NCBI RefSeq assembly: GCF_006345805.1
Contig: NC_043012.1
Span: 16,306,001-16,370,000 of the forward strand
From: Octopus sinensis
Taxonomy: Eukaryota
Length of the DNA stretch: 64,000 nt
Direction: 5' to 3'
This document shows positions 52,783 through 64,000 of the stretch, piece after piece (the first letter of the stretch is position 1; each line of letters begins with the position of its first letter). A model generated the notes under the pieces. The model did no database searches and was not told where the DNA came from. It saw only the letters and a program-made list of their open reading frames with translations. A program made the position numbers and the translations under genes.

Positions 52783-53553
52783 TAAAAACGGTAAGATAAC
52801 AAAGAAAGAAAGGGACCTCAATATTATGTAAATAGAGGAAATTTATCTATAAATAATAGTTACATTACTCGATAGTCAAGATAAAACTCTGAGTTTCAGA
52901 TGCTGAAGTGGGAATCCCAACGCCATATCTTCGGTTATCTGGCTATTTGAAAACGCTATGAAAAAATACCGTTATACAAAGGGAAATTACTGTATTATAA
53001 CTCTGCTCTGCTTCTGCGTACTTATACATCGCTATGTAAACGTACACATCTTCAACTCGCATTTTTCGCCATAAAAAATTATATAAAAATACATAAAAAA
53101 TATATTAAAAATATATTAAAAATACATAAAATATATATAAAATATATGATAGAAGGTATGATGAGGTAAAAAAACTTCTTGGGACACAACATAGAAACAT
53201 GTTCTATCTGTTTCTTTAGGGGGACCAAAAACATAACGAAAATTTAGTCACATGTGGGCATGATCCGAAAAGTCTGTCCTTGAGTTTAGACATGTAGTAG
53301 GGTCTAAGCTGCTTTTCCAGATAGCCATCTCCCATGTCGCATAGACCGCACCTTCCGCTGCCGTTGGTATAGGGCTTACATTTGACCAAAATCTTCCAAT
53401 GTATGTTATAATCGCACCTTTATCTCTTAAAGACCAAATATGACTAGATAATTGTGTCGCTTTTCTTTTGTTCCAGTGGCCTAAAGCTCAAAGTGTGGTT
53501 ATTGAACCTGGCCTTGAAATTATCCTCTGTAAGGCCCACGTATTTCTTCGTCA
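51958..53553 (-). mobile_element. Two tandem ~780-bp Penelope-like 3' fragments (GIY-YIG C-terminus plus pseudo-LTR), separated and flanked by (TA)n
   Basis: KYLGLTEDNFKARFNNHTLSF...TQLSSHIW...YNIHWKI...CGLCDME...LN; units 51958-52735 and 52781-53553 are near-identical. Confidence 0.85.
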
Positions 53554-53573
53554 AAGATATATAGATATATATT

Positions 53574-53625
<52 letters not shown>

Positions 53626-54136
53626 CTTTTGTATTTAGTTTGCAAGATTCTTATATTAATTGTGTGTTGAAGCATATTTTGTTGTGCACGGGGAGAATCA
53701 GTCTGTTTGTACTATATATATATATTTTTTCTCTGGTTTCAGCTCAGAACTGCGGCCATGCTGATGCACCGCCGTTTTGTGCTACACTGTTATTGCGAAG
53801 AACCTCCTCTAATATGTGGCACTTGGTGAAGAATGGAGTTTGATACAGCTACTCTCATCTGCACCTTGACGTAGGTTCATCTGGGACTCTCGACAGAAAG
53901 ATGTCCAGCTTTGATTTAAAAACCGCTACATCTACTTTGTGCAAGTTCCTCAGACTCTACCGGAGTAAACACATAAATGTGAACCAAGGTGGAAAAAAGA
54001 GTATTCAAATACCAGTGGTAGAGTAATATGCTTTATTTCGTAAATTGAATTTAACACAGCGTCTACAACATCTATAAAGCAGCAGAAAATAAAAAAAAAA
54101 AATTTTTTTTGTTGAATTTTCTGCTGCTTTAAAAAA

Positions 54137-54186
<50 letters not shown>

Positions 54187-54214
54187 TATATTAATATATA
54201 TATATATATATATA

Positions 54215-54385
54215 TATGTACATATATACGACGGGCTTCCTTCGTTTCCATCTACCAAAACCACTCACAATGCTTTGGTCGGCCCGAGGCTATAGCTGAA
54301 GACACTTGCCCAAGGTGCCGCGCAGTGGGAATGAACCCGGAACCACGTGGATGGTAAGCAAGCTACTTACCACACAGCCACTCCT
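54215..54385 (-). mobile_element. SINE family A, 5' half
   Basis: Head region only. Confidence 0.85.
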
Positions 54386-54579
54386 GTTTTTTTTTTATCT
54401 CACTCAAAAGTTTGAGTTTTTTTGTTACTGTGCATTGTCTCCACTGACAGCTCAGCGGTTAGAACAATGTAAAAGCTAAATGTATTGAAGCAGCTACAAG
54501 ATACACACGACCACTCGTATTTATTCGGTTATCCGCGCTCTCAATTGTCAATAATCCCATTAATATTTATATACAGATA

Positions 54580-54836
54580 TATATATTTGCATATATGCAT
54601 ACAAATATATATGTATGTACGTATGTACGTATGTATGTATGTATGCATGTATGTATGTATGTACGTATGTATGTATGTATGTGTGCGTGTGTGTGTGTAT
54701 GTGTGTGTGCGTATGTTACTATTATGGATTTGTTATCACTAATCATGTGATACGACATTATCATATCTGATTTCATATACAGTGGGAAATGGTTACAGTA
54801 GTCATTATTGATCGTTTTACATATATGTATACATAC

Positions 54837-54873
<37 letters not shown>

Positions 54874-55119
54874 CGTATATATATATATACATACATGCAT
54901 ACATATATACACAGATATGTGTATATATATATATATGTTTGTGTGTGTGTGTATGTATGTATGTATGTATGTATGTATGCATGTATGTATGTATGCATGT
55001 ATTCGTATACATACAAACATTCATACATACATGCACACATACATGCACACATACATGCCTACATACATACATATATACATACATATGTACTACGTGCGTG
55101 AATTTGTGTGTGTGTGTGT

Positions 55120-55155
<36 letters not shown>

Positions 55156-55165
55156 GTGTGTGAGT
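54580..55165. repeat. Compound (TATG)n/(TA)n/(TG)n microsatellite field
   Basis: Direct reading. Confidence 0.85.
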
Positions 55166-55334
55166 CTGTGGGTGGGCACTCACGTGCTTTATAACGTTGA
55201 TGTGTTAGCAACACAAAACTGCAGTATGACCCTGTTTCAACCAATGATATCACCACGATCACACGATATAAACAACTAAATTATACGTCACGTTGGCCTA
55301 TCGATATCATGTATCGTATAGAATAAGTAGTGCT

Positions 55335-55520
55335 CTACCAGCCCAACTCAGACTAGCTCAACGCATCTCAGCTCAGCTCAACCCATCTTAGCTCAGCTCA
55401 GCTCCGCCGAGCTCAGTGAAGCTCACCTGGCTCAGTTCGGTTCAATCTGTGTAAGCTAGGATCAGTCTGGCTCAGCCAGACTCAGTCAAGCTCAGCCACG
55501 CTCAGGACCACTCAGACAAT
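55335..55520. repeat. Degenerate pentamer repeat (GCTCA)n
   Basis: CTCAGCTCAGCTCAACCC...AGCTCAG with 5-bp periodicity. Confidence 0.8.
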
Positions 55521-57759
55521 CCCGGCCTAATAGACTACCCACCGTAGATCGTTTCCATCACTACCGTTACATCTCCACATCCACTGCCCTTAAATAATAT
55601 TTCAATTCCCAATACTACGATCTCTTTTAGCAGTTAATAAAATAACCACAACGGATCCGAAAGTCATTCACACAGTTTTCAACCACCCAGTTTCACTCCC
55701 AAAGCCTGGGGCACTACGAGATTTTGGTAAAAGACACTTTTGATGTCACGCAGTCAAACTGAATTCGGGATCTCGTGATTGCAAAGCGAACCCCCAAACC
55801 ATTCGGCCATACTGCACCAATGAATGGTGCATTCGTTTATTCTCTTACTTGTTTCAGTTATTTGACTTCGGCCATGCTGGAGCACCGCCTTTGAATTACT
55901 GAGTTGAAGTTCTTGTATAGGTAATTACAATACCTTTTCGTATTTCGCCTCAACATAACTTATTATACTGTATAAGTATTACATGTGTGTGTGCGTGTGT
56001 GAGTGTATGTGTGCGTGTGTGTGTGCATGAATGTGTGTTTCGGTGTCTGACTTTGCGTTGAACAAGCTGTTCATCAAAGAGATCGATAAAATAAGTAACA
56101 GGGTTTTAAAGTAAGTATTAGGATCGATACGACAGACTACTAAAACCCTTCTAAGTGTTGTCCCAGCATGGCCGCACCCCAGTGAATAAAATAAATAAAA
56201 GAGACTGTCTCAACTATCGACTGGGTTTCTTTCAAGATAACGAGTTGTTCTTCAGTTGAAATAAGTTGGTGTGCTGTGAAGAGAAGAGGACTCTAATGTT
56301 TGGTGAGATTGTCTCTTTGTCTCAGTGAAAATGAGAGGAAGGAAATGGGAGAGGAGAGAAAGAGAAGGGAAGTAAGAGACAAGGAGAATATATTCTCTCA
56401 GATAAAGGGTCAGCGCATCATAAGTTTACTTTTCCCTTTTCCCGCGCTCATTCAAACTTATTTAAACTCAAGATCCACCACTAGATAATTTTTAACAACG
56501 CTGTCTACCACAAGTTTCTTTAAACTCTGCTTTTATACATAGTCTATCTGGGAGTACGTTATCACATGTGCTCTGTTTTCTTTATTTATTTCTAAGAAGG
56601 CAGGGTGTATTTTCAGGGAGATTTCGCTGTTGTTTCTAGCAAATAAAACTACTATTTATCGGCTCCCTTGTTGGTGTATAAAAGCACAATATTTTGGAGA
56701 ATACTGAAACAATAAAGTTATGAGGTTCCTGCCAGTCCGACAGACATTAGTGAAATAAAGTGAAGTGACGTGGCTTCAACTAAGAATTAAACACAGGTAG
56801 CAGAATTTACTTCTTGATCAACCGAGCTTTATTATTAGTGCTGTCACGTTACAGAAGATTGAACTTTTGCATTTATTTGTTCGATATTATAGGTAAAAAT
56901 GTCCGTTAATTTCCACTACTTCTAGCACAACTATTACTACTACGTCCCCTATTTTAACTTTTTAACCGCAGGTAAGTCACGTAATAAATAATAAAAAGAG
57001 TCTAACACACATATTTCTTGTTTCCGTCGAAATATAAAGAAGACAGCACAAGTGAGAGGTGTCAATCGTCTAAACTTAACATCAACATGGCGTGTGGACA
57101 AGCATTTAAAGGAAATCAATGATGTTTTGCCTCTAGCGGTTATGATAATAGCGGTAGTTTTAATGGATGTGGTCGTAGTGAAACTGCGGTCTTAATGGAA
57201 GGAATAAAGAGGTTTACAGCAACATCTAGGTCAAATCCATTTATAATAAGCTAATGCATATCTTAACATTGTTGATCAACTTCGCCTTATAATCAATAAC
57301 TTAGCTGGGAGATTTGGTTTTTCTGGGGCACGAAGACGTGCAGAAAGGGAACGGATTTATGGAAATTAGGTCAAGTTAATATCTAATGCAATATTTACTT
57401 GCAAGATATGATGGAGCGGCAGAAGCAGCAGGAAAACCAACGAAAGCCTTTATAGTCTTTAGAGTTATAACTTATTCTACGTTAAGAGTTCAAATCCCAA
57501 TGGGGACTTTAGTCCTCATCCCTCCAGAATCGGTAGAGGTAGCAATTGTTGATATTTGACCACAGGTATAGGATCAAAGGAATTTTAGTCGTGACCATCG
57601 CGTCTTACTTTTTTTTTTTTTCGGATAGAGAATTTAGGATTACACGATCCAATGGATAGCAAAGTGTCTGATTTTTGCTGATTTTTCTCAAGTGTTTGAG
57701 CCATTTCACTCTGTAAAAAGATAAAATGTTTACAGTTTCTTAACCCATTTGTACCCAAA

Positions 57760-58110
57760 TTTTTACTCCCGCGTTAGCGAAGGCGGAGATATTGTTTTCA
57801 GTCATGTTTGTTTGTCCGATGACAAGACATCTCAAGAACCGCTGGATGAATTTGGATGAAACTTTCAGGAATGTTTGGCCTCGTGACTGGCACAAACTGA
57901 TTATATTTTGGAATCGATCCAGTACTGGACAAAGATTCTGTATTATTTTTCCTGTTGTTTTACTTAATTTTTGAGCTCGGTCGGATTCACTTTTCGTATT
58001 CTCGTTTGGGAGAGCTGTTGAGTTTATTTCAGATTTTGTCATTTTAAAAATCATCTCCGGCTAATCGTTGGCGTTGCCTTGGCGGAGGTTTGCGCTCTCT
58101 GAGTGCCCAA
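57760..58110 (+). mobile_element. Non-autonomous Helentron-type element (HINE/DINE-1-like)
   Basis: 5' TTTTTACTCCCGC...GGCGGAG hairpin followed by TTGTTTGTC; 3' CCTTGGCGGAGGT sub-terminal repeat and terminal hairpin GCGCTC-TCT-GAGTGC. Confidence 0.65.
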
Positions 58111-58299
58111 ATTTCTTTATTTGGTTTATTAGCAAAAATTTCTTTTGTACAACTTTATCTGATAGTAAATATATAGGAAAAATTTTATTACACTATTTGA
58201 CTCTCCAGTCTTGACAAACTAAAGTTATCAAGTAAAAGAAAAAAATGAAAGACAGAACAGATTTACTATGAAAATCATGCAATTACCCACCCTTTCTAA

Positions 58300-60040
58300 C
58301 AACATTTTGGGGGAAGGGGCCACTCGATTAGATTGACACGAGTACGCAACTGGTACTTAATTTATCGACCCCAAAAGAATGAAAGGCAAAGTCGACCTCG
58401 GCAGAATTTGAACTCAGAACGTAACGGCAGACGAAATACCTATTTCTTTACTACTCACAAGGGGCTAAACACAGAGAGGACAAACAAGGACAGACAAACG
58501 GATTAAGTCGATTATATCGACCCCAATACGTAACTGGTACTTATTTAATCGACCCCGAAAGGATGAAAGGCAAAGTCGACCTCGGCGAAATTTGAACTCA
58601 GAACGTAGCGGCAGACGAAATACTGCGAAGCATTTCTCCCGGCGTGCTAACGTTTCTGCCAGCTCACCGCCTTCGAAAGAATCTTTTCTACTCTAGCCAC
58701 ACGGCCCGAAATTTTGGGGCGGGGGCCACTCGATTAGATCGAACCCAGTACGCAACAAGTACTACTAATTTGTTGCCCCCAAAAGGATGAAAGCAAAATC
58801 GACCGCGGTGGAATTTGAACTCAGAACGTTATGACAGATGAAATACCTATTTCTTTTCTTTACTAACCACAAGGGGCTATAACCAGAGAGCACAAACAAG
58901 ACAGACAAACGGATTAAGTCGATTATATCGACCCCTGTGCGTAACTGGTACTTACTTTATCGACCCCGAAAGGATGAAAGGCAAAGTCGCCCGGCGGAAT
59001 TTGAACTCAGAACGTAACGGCAGACGAAATACCTATTTCTTTACTACTCACAAGGGGCTAAACACAGAGAGAGGACAAACAAGGACAGACAAACGGATTA
59101 ATTCGATTATATCGACCCCAATACGTAACTGGTACTTATTTAATCGACCCCGAAAGGATGAAAGGCAAAGTCGACCTCGGCGAAATTTGAACTCAGAACG
59201 TAGCGGCAGACGAAATACTGCGAAGCATTTCTCCCGGCGTGCTAACGTTTCTGCCAGCTCACCGCCTTCGAAAGAATCTTTTCTACTCTAGCCACACGGC
59301 CCGAAATTTTGGGGCGGGGGCCACTCGATTAGATCGAACCCAGTACGCAACAAGTACTTAATTTGTTGCCCCCAAAAGGATGAAAGGCAAAATCGACCGC
59401 GGTGGAATTTGAACTCAGAACGTAATGACAGATGAAATACCTATTTCTTTACTAACCACAAGGGGCTAAACACAGAGAGCACAAACAAGGACAGACAAAC
59501 GGATTAAGTCGATTATATCGACCCCTGTGCGTAACTGGTACTTAATTTATCGACCCCGAAAGGATGAAAGGCAAAGTCGACCTCGGCGGAATTTGAACTC
59601 AGAACGTAGCGGCAAACGAAATACCTATTTCTTTACTACCCACAAGGGGCTAAACACAGAGGGGACAAACAAGGACAGACAAACGGATTAAGTCGATTAC
59701 ATCGACCCAAGTGCGTAACTGGTACTTAATTTATCGCCCGAAAGGATGAAAGGCAAAGTCGACCGCGGCGGAATTTGAACTCAGAACGTAGCGGCAAACG
59801 AAATACCTATTTCTTTACTACCCACAAGGGGCTAAACACAGAGGGGAAAACAAGGACAGACAAACGGATTAAGTCGATTACATCGACCCAAGTGCGTAAC
59901 TGGTACTTAATTTATCGACCCCGAAAGGGTGAAAGGTAAAGTCGACCTCGGCGGAATTTGAACTTAGAACATAACGGCAGACAAAATACTACTTAGCATT
60001 TCGACCGGCGTACTAACGATTCTGCCAGCTCACCACCTTA
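58300..60040 (-). repeat. Higher-order tandem array of SINE family B (9 bodies of ~183 bp, 3 heads)
   Basis: Central domain recurs about every 183 bp; heads end at ~58672, ~59268 and ~60040. Confidence 0.9.
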
Positions 60041-60345
60041 TAATTATTCATATTCATACCATTGGCTTTGTTGTCTTTGAAGTTTCGCTATTTTAGATCT
60101 TATAACATTTTGGTTAATTAATGCGTTAAACATTTTATTTAATAATTCTGGTAAATGTGAACGCGTGCATACCTATGATTTTGTAAAATCAAAGCTTCTT
60201 ATTTTTCTCGGGACAGATGTACCCCATTTGTTCTTGCTGACATACAATTCGTCCCCTGCTTCTGGTATTGAAAAATGTCCCTCACATTTCATCTCCGTAT
60301 GTAAAACTCCTCTATGTATGTACACTGTATCAGTCATATACACAC

Positions 60346-60400
<55 letters not shown>

Positions 60401-60775
60401 CATATAATATATATATATATATATATATATTATATACACACATACATATATTCATATATATATATATTATAGATGTAAATATATATATATATATAATATA
60501 TATATATAATATATATACATTCATATTGTATGAAATCCGATCTAAATGTCACACTTGCAACGACCGTTTTTTATAACTGATATATTTTACTTCATTAATT
60601 CATTACCGAAATATTGTTTTATTTTTATTTATTATTATTATTATTATATGTAACGCCAGTAATATTAGTCGCTGCTTTCATCTTGTTGGAACTAGAAATC
60701 ATTATTAGTGCGCGTGTGCGCGCACACACACACACCACTCCTAATGTATTGTGATGGCAATGTGTGGGTAACTAT

Positions 60776-60823
<48 letters not shown>

Positions 60824-60827
60824 ACGA

Positions 60828-60874
<47 letters not shown>

Positions 60875-61589
60875 TAATGAAGGAAGGAAGGAAGGAAGGA
60901 AGGAAGGAAAGATCTCGAAGTAAATAATGTTATAAATGAAAAATAAAAGGCATCGGAGGGGCGATGCCTACTCTGAATGCAGATAATTTTTTTTGCAAGT
61001 TATAGTGTAGCTTACAATGCATTGCTTACCCATGCTTTTTAATTGAACTAAATGAATCTTTTTTTTATATCACCATTATAGCTATTTATACTTCGGTGAA
61101 ATTAAGAAATAAGTGAAACCCTCGCATCCATAACTTAACACACACACTGTCGCATATGTATGTACCCGCACGTGTTTACACGCATAGGTATACCATGATC
61201 TATACACACGCAGACGAGGGTCAATTCATATGAAAAAGAAAGTGAACAAAATAATACGACCACTTGCTTATCAGGAAATTTGTAAGTTCGATCTTTTCCT
61301 CTTTTTTTCTTGTAAGTATCACCATTGGAAGTATTTATACTTCTGTGAAATGAAGAAATCAAGTCGTAAATAATCGAATCCTTCGAATCCATCACTGTAC
61401 ACAAACACACACAATCACACACACACACACACACACACAGTTGCATATCTATGTATGTATTTATGTAAGTACGTACGCACACGTGTCTACGTGCGTAGGT
61501 ACACCGAGACGAGGGTAGATTTATATGCAAAAGAAAATGAACAAAATAATATGACCACTTGCTTATCGGGAAATTTGTAAGTTCGATTT

Positions 61590-61770
61590 GTAAATTTTTT
61601 AAAAATCTAACCGAAGCAAACGTTCATTTTGAGTCACTCACCCAATGAGTAATTCTGGCAAATGTGGTGAAAATTCGTTCGGCCGTTTTCCAGTAACTTT
61701 GCAAATACACAGATAAACAAAGACGAATGATTACAATACCCGGCTTTCGCTTACGCGCACAGGGTAATAA
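61590..61770 (-). mobile_element. 5' part of a second HINE/DINE-1-like element
   Basis: ATTACCCTGTGCGCGTAAGCGAAAGCCGGGTATTGTAAT hairpin start, then TTTATCTGT...AACGGCCGAACGAATTTT. Confidence 0.55.
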
Positions 61771-61779
61771 TAGCTTGTA

Positions 61780-62192
61780 TGCATCGGGTTGAAAAAAATC
61801 TTTGAATAGACACGGTCGAAGGTTGCCCGTGGGACACGATTCCAGATTTGCTGTGAGCATGACAGACGTTCTGCCAGTGGACCAAAGCAACCATTTTAGA
61901 AAATTTATTCTTACCAGAAAACGTTTAAACCAGCGCAGATGTTTTCTACGAATTACATTACTGGAGAATTTTAATAACAGATTATTGCATCGGGTTGAAA
62001 AAAATCTTTGAAGAGACACGGTCGAAGGTTGCCCGTGGGACACGATTCCAGATTTGCTGTGAGCGTGACAGACGTTCTGCCAGTGGACCAAAGCAACCAT
62101 TTTAGAAATTTTATTCTTACCAGAAAACGTTTAAACCAGTGCAGATGTTTTCTACGAATTACATTACTGAAGAATTTTAATAACAGATTATT
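61780..62192. repeat. Tandem duplication, 2 x 206 bp
   Basis: TGCATCGGGTTGAAAAAAATC at 61780 and 61986; ~97% identical. Confidence 0.95.
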
Positions 62193-62489
62193 GTGGCCGA
62201 CTCTGTCCAAGGACTTGCAAAGACGAGATGTATGATGTCGGTGTTTGAACCCTTCTCCAAACAATTAAAATGCCTTCAAAATGAAATAATCACTTCGTTT
62301 CAAAATATAGCCAACCCACATAATAAAGGTTAGAGTCATATCATTAATACGCCTCTGTAATTCTGTTTTTGGATAAAAGACTTGCTTTGGTTCTGATACT
62401 GTAGTCGCACTTGAGAAAACCTGCAGAAGTTAATTGTGTACCGACACATATTCACAGTAACCATTGAAATAGACAGACAGACATGTCTG

Positions 62490-62776
62490 TGGGTATATAG
62501 CGTAGTGGTTATGAGCGCGAGCAACAAACCTCAAGATTCCGAGTTCGATTCCAGGCAGTGACATAAATAATAATAATAATAATAATAACAACAACAGCAA
62601 CATCGAAAAATACCTTAGGAATGAGAACCCAGGTTCGAAATCTCCCCAAGACACTTGAAGACTGGAGAGGATATCAGCCGAAATGATGTGTTAACAACAA
62701 ACAAGATGAGGACAGGACAAATATCCCTCAAATTTAAATAATGTACATAATTCCTCATCTCTTAAATATAGAACTG
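62490..62776 (+). mobile_element. Composite repeat: tRNA-like head, (AAT)n linker, degenerate hammerhead and AT-rich tail
   Basis: A box TAGCGTAGTGG (62498), B box GAGTTCGATTCC (62541); GACAC-TTGAAGA...CAGCC-GAAA-TGAT-GTGTT at 62650-62692; body homologous to 38914-39065. Confidence 0.7.
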
Positions 62777-63630
62777 AATAGTAATCATCTATTTCCCATC
62801 GCTCTAGAGGCCCCAGTATCGATTTTTTTAAAACTCTAAGTAGCCTATATTCAGGTCTGGGATATGAAGCAGCTGTGTTTAAATTTTTTAAAGAAATCCG
62901 ATGAAAGATGAAGCAGTTATTGAGGTACATTATATTTTCGTATACATACACACACACACACACGTATACAGAAAACTTCAATTTCATATATATATACTTT
63001 ACCTACTCTAAAAAAAAATTTTAAACATGGAAGAAAATTATGTCTCCTTGTTTGGATCGATCTGCGCGATCATCCGAACTAATAATGGTAAAGTTTCTTT
63101 AAACTCAACATCGAAGCGCAAGTTTTTTATATGTGTCCGAGTTAGGCTAGAGACAAAATAGAGTGAATCGATTCAACAGTTTAACCTTCTATGTATGTGA
63201 TCTTCTATGTTAGAGTAATGACAGATGCGCTTATGCCTCACACATTCAGTAGAAAAGTCGAAACTAATGTGTTTGCTTTTTGTGTTGCTTCAAGGGCCTT
63301 AAATGGTGCTCTTTGTTGTTTCGTGGCAACACTGGAATTAATAATTTGTGTGCTGAGATAAAAAAAAAAAAACAGGGAGTGATGTTTTGATTGTTGAAGA
63401 ATTTGCATTTCGAGAACTCTTAAGATTGTTGATAAACGGCGAAATCTGTAGGATTAAGTCGGAATTTATATCTTCTGTGTATGTAAAGAAAAATACAAAA
63501 GGAATTTATTTTGGCGAGAAGTCTTTGCAGTAGCTAATCTGTCTGTTTGGTGGAAGTTCTTCGGTGGTGCTGTGTGTATGTTTGACTTTCATTTTATTTC
63601 TGTATCGTTCTTTATCATTTAAGTTTCATT

Positions 63631-63864
63631 TACTCTTACTCTTTACTCTTTTACTTGTTTCAGTCATTTGACTGCAGCCATGCTGGAGCACCGCCTTTAG
63701 TCGAGCAAATCGACCCCAGGACTTATTATTTGTAAGTCTAGTACTTATACTATCGGGGACGTAAACACACCAGCATCGGTTGTCAAGCGATGTCGTGGGG
63801 GGGGGACAAACACAGACACACAAACACATACACACATACATATATATATATATATTATATATAT

Positions 63865-63906
<42 letters not shown>

Positions 63907-64000
63907 TACGACGGGCTTCTTTCAGTTTCCGTCTACCAAATCCACTCACAAGGCTTTGGTCAGCTCGAGGCTATATTAGAAAACACTTGCCCAAGGTGCC
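63631..64000 (-). mobile_element. SINE family A (cut by the window end)
   Basis: Same unit as the other family A copies. Confidence 0.9.

Noticed and set aside
58300-60040. Regularly spaced repeats resembling a CRISPR array
   Set aside because: No unique spacers; whole ~183-bp units are SINE bodies found elsewhere in the window; eukaryotic context and no cas genes

Overview
AT-rich, repeat-saturated eukaryotic DNA in which I cannot support any host-gene exon. The SINE families and microsatellite load suggest an octopus (cephalopod) genome, which is an inference. Main contents: (i) four copies of an L1/Tx1-type LINE (two full-length, two 5'-truncated), each bordered at both ends by (CTAT)n on its sense strand, which points to a (GATA)n/(TATC)n-targeting family; (ii) a 5'-truncated Hero-like RT plus restriction-like-endonuclease retrotransposon whose 3' UTR holds all hammerhead core motifs in a non-circularly permuted order; (iii) several minimal type-I hammerhead motifs in Penelope-associated or short repeats, one of them behind a tRNA-like head; (iv) a full-length but frameshifted mariner plus CR1, RTE, hAT, mariner and Helentron-type fragments; (v) many tRNA-derived SINEs, one family sharing its 3' tail with the Tx1 LINE and forming a 4/3/2 higher-order array; (vi) microsatellites, two long palindromes and a 100-N gap. 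Most short ORFs in the supplied track are microsatellite or antisense artefacts. All family assignments come from motif recognition by eye, not from database searches.
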